Part shown: piece by piece, positions 55,946-64,000 of the stretch
Position numbering within the stretch: position 1 is the stretch's first letter
Layout of the letters: each line of letters begins with the position of its first letter
Source: Candidatus Latescibacterota bacterium
GTDB lineage: Bacteria; Latescibacterota; UBA2968; UBA8231
DNA: 64,000 nt
Reading direction: 5' to 3'
NCBI GenBank assembly: GCA_965205655.1
Contig: CBDBIJ010000022.1
Coordinates: 21,758-85,757, forward strand
Position numbers and translations under genes: made by a program
Notes under the pieces: model-generated
The model's input: the letters and a program-made list of their open reading frames with translations, nothing else
Told to the model about the DNA's origin: nothing
Database searches by the model: none

Positions 55946-57067
55946 ACTACATCTCTGTGGCAGGACGCGCCCGAGCCGATTCGAGCGGAACACGACGACG
56001 TGGTCATCGGAGCCGGCATCGTCGGCTCCTACGCCGCCACCGTGCTGGGGCAGCGCGGCCGGGACGTGGCTCTCGTCGACGCGCGCTTTCCCGCCGCTGG
56101 CGCTTCGGGCCGCAACGCCGGCTTCGTGCTGACCTCTCAGCGCGAGCACTATCCGGTGCTCATCGAGCAAGTCGGTCACGACGGCGCGCGCGAGATTTTA
56201 ACTATGGTGCGAGACAACGTGGCGCGCATGCGCGCGCTGGCAGTTGAGTACGGCATTCCCATTGACGAAGGGGCCGTCTATCTGGCAGAAAACCGGGCCG
56301 AGGCGCGGGAACTGGAAGAATGGGCCCGGGCTTACGAGGCGGATGGCGTGCCGCTGGAATTCGGCGAGGGCGACCCTTACGGTGCGGGCTTCACGGCGAG
56401 CATGAGAGTCGAGAACGATTTTGGGGTCCAGCCGGCCAGGCTCACCGAAGCCATTGCCGCGGCGTCCGGCGCAACGCTCTACGACCACAACGAAGTCCAC
56501 ACTCTCGCAACGGCCGACGACCATCTCCTGGTGGTGGGGCGTCGCGCCCACATACGCTGCCGGCGGGTCTTTGTCGCCACCAATGGCTACACCGGTAATC
56601 TGCATCCCTACCTGCATGGCCTTGTGCGTCCGTTGCGCGGACAGATCCTGATGACCACCCCGGTGGAGCCGCTGATGGACGTGGGCGGCATCACCGAATA
56701 CAACTACTTTCGCCAGTTCGAGAACGGTCAGGTGTTGCTGGGCGGATCTCGCATCTTCTTCGAGGAACAGGAGTACACGGCAGAGGATGTCACCACACCC
56801 AATCTTCTCGAGCACCTGAAGGCCTACTTGCGCCGCTGGTTCGCCGGTATCGACTTCGAGGTAGAGCGCCACTGGGCCGGCATCCACGGCTTCACCACCG
56901 ACCGCCGCGCCGCTGTCGGCCTCATTCCGGGCGAGCCGCGCATCGCCTTCGCCCTGGGCTTCAGTGGCTACGGCAATTCCATCGGGCTGCTGTCAGCCGA
57001 GCGCATGGTAGAGCTGGCGCTCGACGGCCGCGACCCCGGACCGTTGTCGGCGATGCGGTTCGCCTGA
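55943..57067 (+). CDS. FAD-dependent oxidoreductase (DAO / glycine-D-amino-acid oxidase family)
   Basis: DVVIGAGIVGSYAA dinucleotide motif. 374 aa. Confidence 0.85.
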   Translation: MTTSLWQDAPEPIRAEHDDVVIGAGIVGSYAATVLGQRGRDVALVDARFPAAGASGRNAGFVLTSQREHYPVLIEQVGHDGAREILTMVRDNVARMRALAVEYGIPIDEGAVYLAENRAEARELEEWARAYEADGVPLEFGEGDPYGAGFTASMRVENDFGVQPARLTEAIAAASGATLYDHNEVHTLATADDHLLVVGRRAHIRCRRVFVATNGYTGNLHPYLHGLVRPLRGQILMTTPVEPLMDVGGITEYNYFRQFENGQVLLGGSRIFFEEQEYTAEDVTTPNLLEHLKAYLRRWFAGIDFEVERHWAGIHGFTTDRRAAVGLIPGEPRIAFALGFSGYGNSIGLLSAERMVELALDGRDPGPLSAMRFA

Positions 57068-57155
57068 GGAGTGTGGCTGACCGTTCGCACGGCGGCGACT
57101 GGATCGGTAGTTTACCTGCGGATTCGGGACAAAACCCTGAAGGAGGGCCGCTGCG

Positions 57156-58121
57156 ATGACCCCGGAACAGATCCTATCTCACCCAGCTCAGATACTGACA
57201 GATGAACAGCGCCGCTACTACTTCGAGAACGGCTATTTGCTGGTCGAGCGCATCGTGCCGCAGCAGTGGGTTGAACGGTTGATCGCGGTCACTGAGGAGA
57301 TGGTCGATCGCAGCCGCTCGCTGGAACAATCGGACGCCATTTTCGATCTCGAGCCGGGACACACGGCCGAGGAGCCGCGGTTGCGCCGCCTGACCAGCCC
57401 GGTCGAGCACCACCAGACCTACTGGGAGTTTGCTTCGCAATCCATCATCGCCGACATCGCCGCCGATCTGGTCGGTCCCGACGTCAAGTACCACCATTCG
57501 AAGTTGAACTTCAAATGGGCAGCCGGCGGTGAAGAGGTGAAGTGGCATCAGGATATCGGCTACTGGCCGCACACGAACTACAGTCCGCTGACCATCGGCA
57601 CTTATCTGCACGACGTCGGCGACGACCAGGGGCCGTTGGGTGCCATCGCCGGCAGTCACAACGGCCCGCTCTACGATCAGTACTCGAACGGCAAATGGGT
57701 TGGTTGCTTGAGCGAGGAAGATGCGAGGGGAATCGACGCGAGCAAGGTCGAATACCTGGCTGGTCCGGCTGGCTCGATCACCATTCACCACTGCCGCGTC
57801 ATTCACGGCTCAAGGCCGAACCTGTCGGACGCGGGACGGCCTCTCCTGCTGAACGTCTACTCGTCGGCGGATGCGTTCACCTATACCGCCAACCCCTTGC
57901 CGAGCCGCTACGAGGGAGAGGTCGTTCGCGGCCGGCCGGCGCGCTGGGCCCATCACGACGAGCGGCCCTGTCTGGTGCCGCCCGATTGGTCGGGAGGCTA
58001 CACCTCACTTTACGCCTTGCAGCAGCAGGAGGAGTGGGACGAAGGGCAGCTGGAGACCGTGTCCAGGCAGACGCGGCAAATGCGGGGGGACGATACCGTG
58101 CGGCCGGCGAACGGTCCCTGA
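57156..58121 (+). CDS. Phytanoyl-CoA dioxygenase (PhyH) family
   Basis: ..QRRYYFENGYLLVERIV.., ..WHQDIGYW.., ..HHCRVIHGSRPN... Confidence 0.85.
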   Translation: MTPEQILSHPAQILTDEQRRYYFENGYLLVERIVPQQWVERLIAVTEEMVDRSRSLEQSDAIFDLEPGHTAEEPRLRRLTSPVEHHQTYWEFASQSIIADIAADLVGPDVKYHHSKLNFKWAAGGEEVKWHQDIGYWPHTNYSPLTIGTYLHDVGDDQGPLGAIAGSHNGPLYDQYSNGKWVGCLSEEDARGIDASKVEYLAGPAGSITIHHCRVIHGSRPNLSDAGRPLLLNVYSSADAFTYTANPLPSRYEGEVVRGRPARWAHHDERPCLVPPDWSGGYTSLYALQQQEEWDEGQLETVSRQTRQMRGDDTVRPANGP

Positions 58122-58143
58122 CGGGCCGCGCGTCACGAGCGTG

Positions 58144-59028
58144 TCAGAGGGTTACGGAGGGTCGGGGCCGGTGCGGTTCGGAAACCGATTCGTCTTCGAA
58201 GAAGCGGGCCCAATCGCGATAGTAATCGGTAGCTACCTTTTCTGGCTGTGCCTTGCTGCGTGCCACGAAGCCTGGGTGGTTCCGGCCGGAGGGGGCGGTC
58301 AGGTCGCTGAAGCGAATATCGATGCTCCAGCGCACCGTGTCGGTCGTGTTCGGCAGGCTCCGGTGTGCCGTTTCCTTGTGGAACAACAGTGCGCCGCCCA
58401 GCTCGATGGGGCAGTCGACGATGTCGCTCTCTGAATAGTGCTCTTCCCCGACACGAACCCTATCAAGGTTCTCGAGAATGCCCCACTTGTGGCTGCCGCG
58501 CACGAACTGCATAGCACCCATCTCCCGGGTCACGTCCAACAGCGGCATCCAGCAGTTCACCATGCGCGTGTCGTGAGAATCCTCGGTGAGAAGGCCGCCA
58601 TCCTGGTGAAAGTAGTCGTCGGCGATCTCGGGGAATTGCTGCTGAAAAGCCATCTTCGAACGCACGGCGAATTGGGGGTGGGCGAGGATTTCGGGTCCTA
58701 TGAGATCCTCGACAACGTCGAGCAGGACGGGCTGGGTCCACAGCTGAAACACGGCATCCGTCTTCAGGCGTTTGCCGCCGGTAACTGCCGTCTTCATTTC
58801 CTGAGGGTCGACGGCGGCCTCGCACAGCTTGGTCAAGCGATATTCGAACGCCAGATCAGCAAACGTATCGGGCACCTTGCCGGCGGCATGAAATTTCCGC
58901 GCCTCGAACTCGACGATATCGGCCAGCTCCTGCCTCAACGGGGCGGATGCCTCCGCGGGCAGCAGGCCGGGAAGGGCGAGAAAACCTTCGTCCTCGAACT
59001 GCTGAACCTGGGTGTCAGAAAGGCGCAT
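58144..59028 (-). CDS. Phytanoyl-CoA dioxygenase (PhyH) family
   Basis: MRLSDTQVQQFEDEGFLALPGLL.., ..YFHQDGG.., ..HKETAHRSLPNTTDTVRWS... Confidence 0.85.
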   Translation of the reverse strand: MRLSDTQVQQFEDEGFLALPGLLPAEASAPLRQELADIVEFEARKFHAAGKVPDTFADLAFEYRLTKLCEAAVDPQEMKTAVTGGKRLKTDAVFQLWTQPVLLDVVEDLIGPEILAHPQFAVRSKMAFQQQFPEIADDYFHQDGGLLTEDSHDTRMVNCWMPLLDVTREMGAMQFVRGSHKWGILENLDRVRVGEEHYSESDIVDCPIELGGALLFHKETAHRSLPNTTDTVRWSIDIRFSDLTAPSGRNHPGFVARSKAQPEKVATDYYRDWARFFEDESVSEPHRPRPSVTL

Positions 59029-59143
59029 TTGGGGTTCCTTTGTTAGCGGTCTGCGCTAATATAGCTATCCGGTAGACCGAGAGCACACTGACAACGCGAA
59101 TCGGTGTTCGCGACGCTGGCACAATTCCCGGGCAGGCCCGAGT

Positions 59144-60601
59144 ATGACCGCTAAACCCAACATCCTGCTCATCCTTACGGATGAGCATTCCGCCTCCGCC
59201 CTCGGTTGCTACGGGCACCCGTTTCTGCGGACCCCGGCAATCGATTCGCTCGCTCGCGATGGCGTTCTGTTCGAGCGGGCCTACTGCAACTCACCCATCA
59301 GCGCGCCGTCGCGCCACTCGTTCCTGAGCGGCCGATATACGTGGCGCACGGATTCGTGGCACAACGGGTCGCTCCCGCCAACACATCTCCCGAGCATTGC
59401 CAGCCACTTGCGCGATCACGGCTACTACACTGCCGCGATGGGCAAGATGCACTTTGTGGGGCCGGACCAGCACTGGGGGTTCGAACATCGCCCTTATGGC
59501 GACTTTCTTGGCGAAGGACACCAGCCAGATCCGATCGGACTTGCGCCGCGGCTACCACTGTTGCCCGTCGGGCCTGCAGAAATCCCGGAAGCGGAAATGC
59601 AGAAGTCGATCGTCAACCGACTGGGTATCGAGTTTCTGCGCAGCTACGACCGCAGTGAGCCATTCTGCCTGCTCCTGTCGTACAACCGGCCACATCACCC
59701 CCTGCGCCCGCCGCAGCGCTACTGGAACAGCTACTTCCCCGATCACGCCGACATACCCGATTGGGGCCCCAACTTTCCCGACCGCCTCCATCCGTACATG
59801 GAACACCAGCGGAAGTGGTATGGCTTCGACAAGCTTGACGAGCGGGATTTTCGCGCCGCTCGCGCCGCCTACTACGCCTGTGTCAGCTTTGTGGACGACA
59901 AAATCGCCGACGTCATTCACACCGTGGACGAACTCGGCTTGAGAGACGACACGGTCATCATCTACTGGTCGGATCACGGGGAGATGAATGGCGAGCAGGG
60001 CCGCGTGTGGAAGTCGAACTTCTTTGAGCCCTCCATGCGCGTGCCGCTCGTCTTCAGTTGTCCGAAATTGTTGCCGCACGGAAAACGAGTCTCGGAGTTG
60101 GTCGAGTTAGTAGACCTTTTCCCAACCATCGCCGAACTGGCCGGAACTCCTGTCCCTGCCGACCCGGACGGGCGCAGCCTTGTGCCGCTCATGATGTCCG
60201 GCGACACTTCCGGACGCAAAGGATACGTGCTGGCCGACCACTGCTCGCACAGCGTCCCCGCACCGCAGCGCATGATTCGCACCGACGAGTGGAAGTACAT
60301 CCTCTATCTCGACGCGCGGCCAAGCCTCTACAACCTCGTGGAGGACCCGAACGAGTTTTACGATCGGGGCAATGACCCCGGCACTCAGAGTATTCGAGGC
60401 GAACTCGAGGAAATGTTGTATTTGGATTGGGACGAGGCCCGAGTGCGAGGAAATTTCGTCTACAGCCCGTCACCCGAGCAGGCGCAGGGCCGGCCGCTGT
60501 TTGGAACGCCCAATCAGTATCTCGACACTGAGGGCCAGTACACAAATGCCGAGACGTTCTACGGCGATGTTGACTGGTCGAAAGCGGCGGGCAAAGTGTA
60601 G
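59144..60601 (+). CDS. Sulfatase (alkaline-phosphatase superfamily) with a Ser at the formylglycine position
   Basis: NILLILTDEH.., signature S-A-P-S-R-H-S-F-L-S-G-R (codons at 59300-59335), ..YWSDHGEM... No signal peptide seen. Confidence 0.85.
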   Translation: MTAKPNILLILTDEHSASALGCYGHPFLRTPAIDSLARDGVLFERAYCNSPISAPSRHSFLSGRYTWRTDSWHNGSLPPTHLPSIASHLRDHGYYTAAMGKMHFVGPDQHWGFEHRPYGDFLGEGHQPDPIGLAPRLPLLPVGPAEIPEAEMQKSIVNRLGIEFLRSYDRSEPFCLLLSYNRPHHPLRPPQRYWNSYFPDHADIPDWGPNFPDRLHPYMEHQRKWYGFDKLDERDFRAARAAYYACVSFVDDKIADVIHTVDELGLRDDTVIIYWSDHGEMNGEQGRVWKSNFFEPSMRVPLVFSCPKLLPHGKRVSELVELVDLFPTIAELAGTPVPADPDGRSLVPLMMSGDTSGRKGYVLADHCSHSVPAPQRMIRTDEWKYILYLDARPSLYNLVEDPNEFYDRGNDPGTQSIRGELEEMLYLDWDEARVRGNFVYSPSPEQAQGRPLFGTPNQYLDTEGQYTNAETFYGDVDWSKAAGKV

Positions 60602-60734
60602 CGATCGAAGACGACCTGCCCTTCGAATCGCCGCGGCAACCCGGTGCGCCCAAGGCAGATACGGTTGCGCCCACGCCGCCAGAGCTTTACTTATTCGACA
60701 ACGCTCTGAGTCTCAACCGAGGATAATTCCTCTC

Positions 60735-61055
60735 ATGGTTATCGGAATCGCCCTCGTCGTCGCCGTCGGATTGCTCGCCATGTGCCTTCGCGTATGGACG
60801 GAGTTCGGCCAGCGTTCGCGCCAGCTGCAGGCGGAGGTCGACCACAACAAACGACTCATCGAGGAGCACACGGAGAAGCTGGAATCTGTGCGCGCGAAGA
60901 TCGAGGAAGTCAAGGAGGAGACGGAGTCGTTGTTGAAGGAACGGGGCGGCCTCGAGACCGACGTCATACAGCAGCGCGAACAGGTGACCCAGCTGGAACA
61001 GCGGGTGGAGCGAACCCGACCGAAGTCGCATCGCGTCGACAAGGACGATACGTAG
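60735..61055 (+). CDS. Hypothetical N-terminal-TM coiled-coil protein (106 aa)
   Basis: MVIGIALVVAVGLLAMCL followed by a heptad-rich charged helix. The upstream 121 codons of track ORF 60372.. are rejected. Confidence 0.5.
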   Translation: MVIGIALVVAVGLLAMCLRVWTEFGQRSRQLQAEVDHNKRLIEEHTEKLESVRAKIEEVKEETESLLKERGGLETDVIQQREQVTQLEQRVERTRPKSHRVDKDDT

Positions 61056-61066
61056 GATCTCTCCGA

Positions 61067-61363
61067 ATGGTCGAGATCAGCATCTCTGCCGCCGTGGGAA
61101 CGCTCGTGGCGTTCGTGTTCCTGAAGGGGTACATCAACAAAACTCTGGGCCAGCTGCGCCATGAGTGCAGCAGTCTGATGACGGAGGAACGAGAGCTGAA
61201 ACGGGAGCGGGAACAGGAAGAGATTCTGGTCGAGAGCGCCGAGGCGAGACGATACCAGACGCAATACGAGGTCGAGAAACACACCGCAGAGCTGGAGGAT
61301 CTGGCCGACCAGGCGAAGAAGTTCGAGCAGGAACTGGGCCGGGGGCATGCCGAAGGCGAATAA
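61067..61363 (+). CDS. Hypothetical N-terminal-TM coiled-coil protein (98 aa), same architecture as the preceding gene
   Basis: MVEISISAAVGTLVAFVFL followed by a charged coiled-coil-like helix. Starts 11 nt after the previous stop. Confidence 0.5.
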   Translation: MVEISISAAVGTLVAFVFLKGYINKTLGQLRHECSSLMTEERELKREREQEEILVESAEARRYQTQYEVEKHTAELEDLADQAKKFEQELGRGHAEGE

Positions 61364-61392
61364 GAGACGCGGGCGATCCCGGGTCGAGCCCG

Positions 61393-62679
61393 CTACCAGG
61401 AATCGACGCCTGCCAGCTTTCGGCCCAACGGAGTGAGCTCGGCCTCCTCGATATCGAGCTCGAGACCGAATTCGTTGCGCATAAGGTGGGCGACATCGCG
61501 TTCGTTCCAGATCCGCTTGTCCCCCCGACCAAACGCCGCCCCACCACAGATCGTGTGCTGCCAGTGGTGCTCGTCCCAGATCCGGCTGTCGCCGAGATCG
61601 AACACCGCCGGAGACTGGCGCAGGAGATCAGGCAGTTCCGCGAGCTGATCGCTCGTCAGCCTCGGCGCGTGCTGCGGCTGTGGAATCCGCACAATCGACT
61701 CCGTGAGGCCCTCCTCAAAGCTGTCGACGATCGGGAACTTCTGCCGCTCGGCATCCGCGCGTGTCAGTTCGACGGTCGTGTCGTCCACCGGCTTGACCAA
61801 CGACTTCTTGACGTAGACCTCCATACCATTTGAGCGAATCTGCCAGGCCGGATAGGTCGGGTGTTCGCCCACTATCGCACCGATCCGCGCGTGAACGAGA
61901 TCGCTCGCTCTGTGTTCGGTGAGCCAGCGCTCAGCGTAGGCCTGGGGCACGCCGAGCGCGTCGGCAACCACCGCCTCATATGATCGCGCCAGCGGCAGAA
62001 CACCGCTGCCTTCCCTGTCCCCGACTTCCTGCATGAGCATGAACTGCGACAGACGCGGCTGATCGGAGCGGTTGGTTCCGTTGCCGTGCAACAGGGCTCG
62101 GTGCCAGATGACCAGATCACCGGCTTTGCCGGCAATCGGTTGAATGTCGAGCCCTGTCGGATCCGGCCACTTTGGATGGCGGTCCGGCGGTTGGGTCTTT
62201 TCCCATTCCTCGAGCCTTCGGTGAAAACCGGGCACGCATTGGAACCCGCCCTGGTTCACGTTCGTGTCCGTCAAGTAGAGCACGCCCTGCACTATGAGCG
62301 GAATCGGCCTGACGGTCGAATCCATGTCCCAATGGATAAGGCCGTCGTACTCCCATTTGGGGCCAACCGGTGGGTTCATCGCCACACGATCCTGTGAGAC
62401 GAACAGTTTCTCTGTGCCCAGAATTTCGGCGAACGCCTGGTGAATGCGGGGATACTGTCGGTTCTCCCACAGTGTTTGATGGCGCATCATGTTCAGCAGG
62501 CTGCTGCCGGGCGTGCGGGGAATGCCGTACCACTCATCGCGGTTCGAGAAATCCCTTCCGGAGAAAACCTGCATTGCGTCGAGGACGGCGTCGAGGTTCT
62601 CCTGAGGCACGGCATTCGGGATGATGACGTAGCCGTTTTCTCCCCAGAATTCCCGGTCCCGATCGCTCAAGGCAGCCAT
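61393..62679 (-). CDS. PhyH-family dioxygenase with a ~170-aa C-terminal extension
   Basis: ..FWGENGYVIIPNAV.., ..IHWDMD.., ..IWHRALLHGNGTN... The extension has no family I recognise and carries a short repeat GDSRIWDEHHWQH / GDKRIWNERDVAH. Confidence 0.75.
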   Translation of the reverse strand: MAALSDRDREFWGENGYVIIPNAVPQENLDAVLDAMQVFSGRDFSNRDEWYGIPRTPGSSLLNMMRHQTLWENRQYPRIHQAFAEILGTEKLFVSQDRVAMNPPVGPKWEYDGLIHWDMDSTVRPIPLIVQGVLYLTDTNVNQGGFQCVPGFHRRLEEWEKTQPPDRHPKWPDPTGLDIQPIAGKAGDLVIWHRALLHGNGTNRSDQPRLSQFMLMQEVGDREGSGVLPLARSYEAVVADALGVPQAYAERWLTEHRASDLVHARIGAIVGEHPTYPAWQIRSNGMEVYVKKSLVKPVDDTTVELTRADAERQKFPIVDSFEEGLTESIVRIPQPQHAPRLTSDQLAELPDLLRQSPAVFDLGDSRIWDEHHWQHTICGGAAFGRGDKRIWNERDVAHLMRNEFGLELDIEEAELTPLGRKLAGVDSW

Positions 62680-62688
62680 ATTGTCTCC

Positions 62689-64000
62689 TTACCCAACACC
62701 GTGAGGGCCCGCCGCGATATGACCGTTGCCGGGGAACCAGATCGTGTCCACGACGACGGAGAGGGTGACCCCGACGATGTAGCCGATACCCATACCATAG
62801 AAGAAAGGTTTGCCCGCCATATAGGCACTGGCGCCACCGTAGCGCAGCAGTGTCACCTTGGCCGCCCAGACGATGGCGAGGTTGAACCAGTAGAGATCCA
62901 GCCAGAACGACTCCTGAAAGGCAAGGCCTACCGGATGCAGAGAAAACCAGTGGTAGCGGCTCCGCAGGAAGGTCATGACCGCGGCCTGGAGTCCGCCGAA
63001 AAGGAACACGCCGATCTTCTCCCAGTCCAGGTGGGTGCGGTAGTTCAGGAGGTGCACGAGCGGGTCGAAATAGCGCCCCGTCATCCACGCTTCGGAAGTG
63101 AACAGTGTGGCGCCGTCGCGGTACCCTACGTCGATCTTGGTCGCTGCTACCACTATGAACATGACCGCGAAGGTGAGGAGTGCGACTGCAGTTATGGTAG
63201 CCGGCTGCCGCCTCAGAGAGAACAGGCGGAGATAATGCGTCAGCGCCGGCCACGCCGGAATCAGCGATCCGCCAAAAAAAGCCATGCTGGTGAAAAGGTG
63301 GAATCCGGTGAGTCCGCGTGCGGAAAACAAATTGGTACCGACCAGGTCGACGATGAATGGCGCCCCCTTCAGAAACGGTCGGTACGGCACGAGATAGGCG
63401 AAACCGGTTGCGGCGATCAGTTTGGCTGTTACGAAGAAGGTCAACGACATGAGCAGGAATGAACCGACCGCCAGCGACAGATCCATTCCCAGAGTCATCG
63501 CCCACCCTATTATGTAGACCGCCGAGAGCAGCAGGCCGAGCCACGCCATTCGATACCGCGCCACCTCGCGCTGATCCCCCTCGCCCCTGAGTGCCAGCTG
63601 CCAGGTATGACGCAGGTGACTGCGGGCGATCCAGATGGCCCACAGGGCGATGAACATCAATGCCCCGTAGTTCTCCATGAACAGCAGGCGCTCCCCCGAT
63701 ATCTGCTGCCCCTCTGAGCCGAAGGACAGCCCGGTGCGCACGAGCATTCCCGCCTTGAACAGGCTCATGATGCGGAACAGGATCAGACTGCCGAGGATGT
63801 CCACCGGGCACAGGTAGGTCACCGACATGACGAGTGGCATATAGCGAATGTTCACCCGGTACATATACTCGCTCAATTCGAGGCGAAAAATGCGGGTATT
63901 GAAATCGAGATGCAGGAGGCCGGGAGTGAAATGGGTGGCGATGTTGTAGAGCATCGGCAGGAAGACGACGCCGAATCCGATCCAGAAAAGGCGCCGGCGA
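62689..64000 (-). CDS. Large polytopic membrane protein of unknown function; the 5' end lies beyond the window
   Basis: ORF 62689..63954 stays open upstream to the window edge (..RRRLFWIGFGVVFLPMLYNIATHF..). More than 10 hydrophobic helices. Ends 9 nt before the PhyH-extension gene on the same strand. Confidence 0.65.
   Translation of the reverse strand, partial: RRRLFWIGFGVVFLPMLYNIATHFTPGLLHLDFNTRIFRLELSEYMYRVNIRYMPLVMSVTYLCPVDILGSLILFRIMSLFKAGMLVRTGLSFGSEGQQISGERLLFMENYGALMFIALWAIWIARSHLRHTWQLALRGEGDQREVARYRMAWLGLLLSAVYIIGWAMTLGMDLSLAVGSFLLMSLTFFVTAKLIAATGFAYLVPYRPFLKGAPFIVDLVGTNLFSARGLTGFHLFTSMAFFGGSLIPAWPALTHYLRLFSLRRQPATITAVALLTFAVMFIVVAATKIDVGYRDGATLFTSEAWMTGRYFDPLVHLLNYRTHLDWEKIGVFLFGGLQAAVMTFLRSRYHWFSLHPVGLAFQESFWLDLYWFNLAIVWAAKVTLLRYGGASAYMAGKPFFYGMGIGYIVGVTLSVVVDTIWFPGNGHIAAGPHGVG

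Noticed and set aside
60602-60640. Imperfect hairpin (gcgatcgaag...cttcgaatcgc) after the sulfatase gene as a rho-independent terminator
   Set aside because: The stem has a bulge and no U-tract follows, so it is not convincing enough to annotate.
62534-63811. 425-aa minus-strand ORF in an alternative frame
   Set aside because: It overlaps the polytopic membrane-protein ORF in another frame. It is Arg/Pro/Gly-rich, whereas the chosen frame gives coherent TM helices.

Overview
A 64-kb, high-GC (roughly 60%+ by eye, not computed) chromosomal segment from an unidentified bacterium. It is probably diderm: it encodes a beta-barrel outer-membrane protein ending in ...VQFF, a LolA-like protein and lipobox lipoproteins. 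I found about 60 protein genes and no rRNA, tRNA or CRISPR array.

Gene content is mostly accessory catabolism:
- 5 phytanoyl-CoA-dioxygenase (PhyH) family paralogs
- 2 enolase-superfamily enzymes, 2 amidases, 2 Gfo/Idh/MocA oxidoreductases
- 3 VOC/glyoxalase and 2 cupin proteins
- a Ser-type sulfatase, a BNR/sialidase-like protein and a LarA-like protein
- a ceramidase / amine-dehydrogenase / P450 / O-methyltransferase operon
- an acyl-CoA ligase / crotonase / split-hotdog operon
- housekeeping ettA, a REC-adenylate cyclase and a hybrid histidine kinase

The main signal is mobile-element activity plus gene decay:
- An intact IS630-family element sits at a CTAG/TA site and splits a secretion-signal-bearing orphan gene.
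- A 128-bp MITE with IS630-type ends splits an M19 dipeptidase gene. In both cases in-silico excision restores the reading frame.
- A 693-bp IS30 fragment splits an MFS gene exactly inside motif A.
- An intact IS256-family element splits an outer-membrane-protein gene, with no visible target duplication.
- A four-gene MMPL / LolA-like / OMP / TetR cassette carries four independent lesions. It is flanked by ~100-bp direct repeats and preceded by a near-consensus promoter with twin 20-bp operator-like repeats.
- About 11 genes are disrupted by frameshifts (seven of nine at mononucleotide runs of 3+ nt), two in-frame stops, internal deletions or insertions.

I did not find a recognisable defence, toxin or secretion system. 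The best candidates for something undescribed are:
- the lower-GC orphan membrane/secreted cluster at 3.2-6.3 kb
- the MMPL / LolA-like / OMP cassette and its regulatory architecture
- the ceramidase-P450 operon
- a DUF1016_N-SNase nuclease fusion
- a four-fold-repeat membrane protein

All family calls come from motif recognition by eye. No BLAST or HMM search was run.
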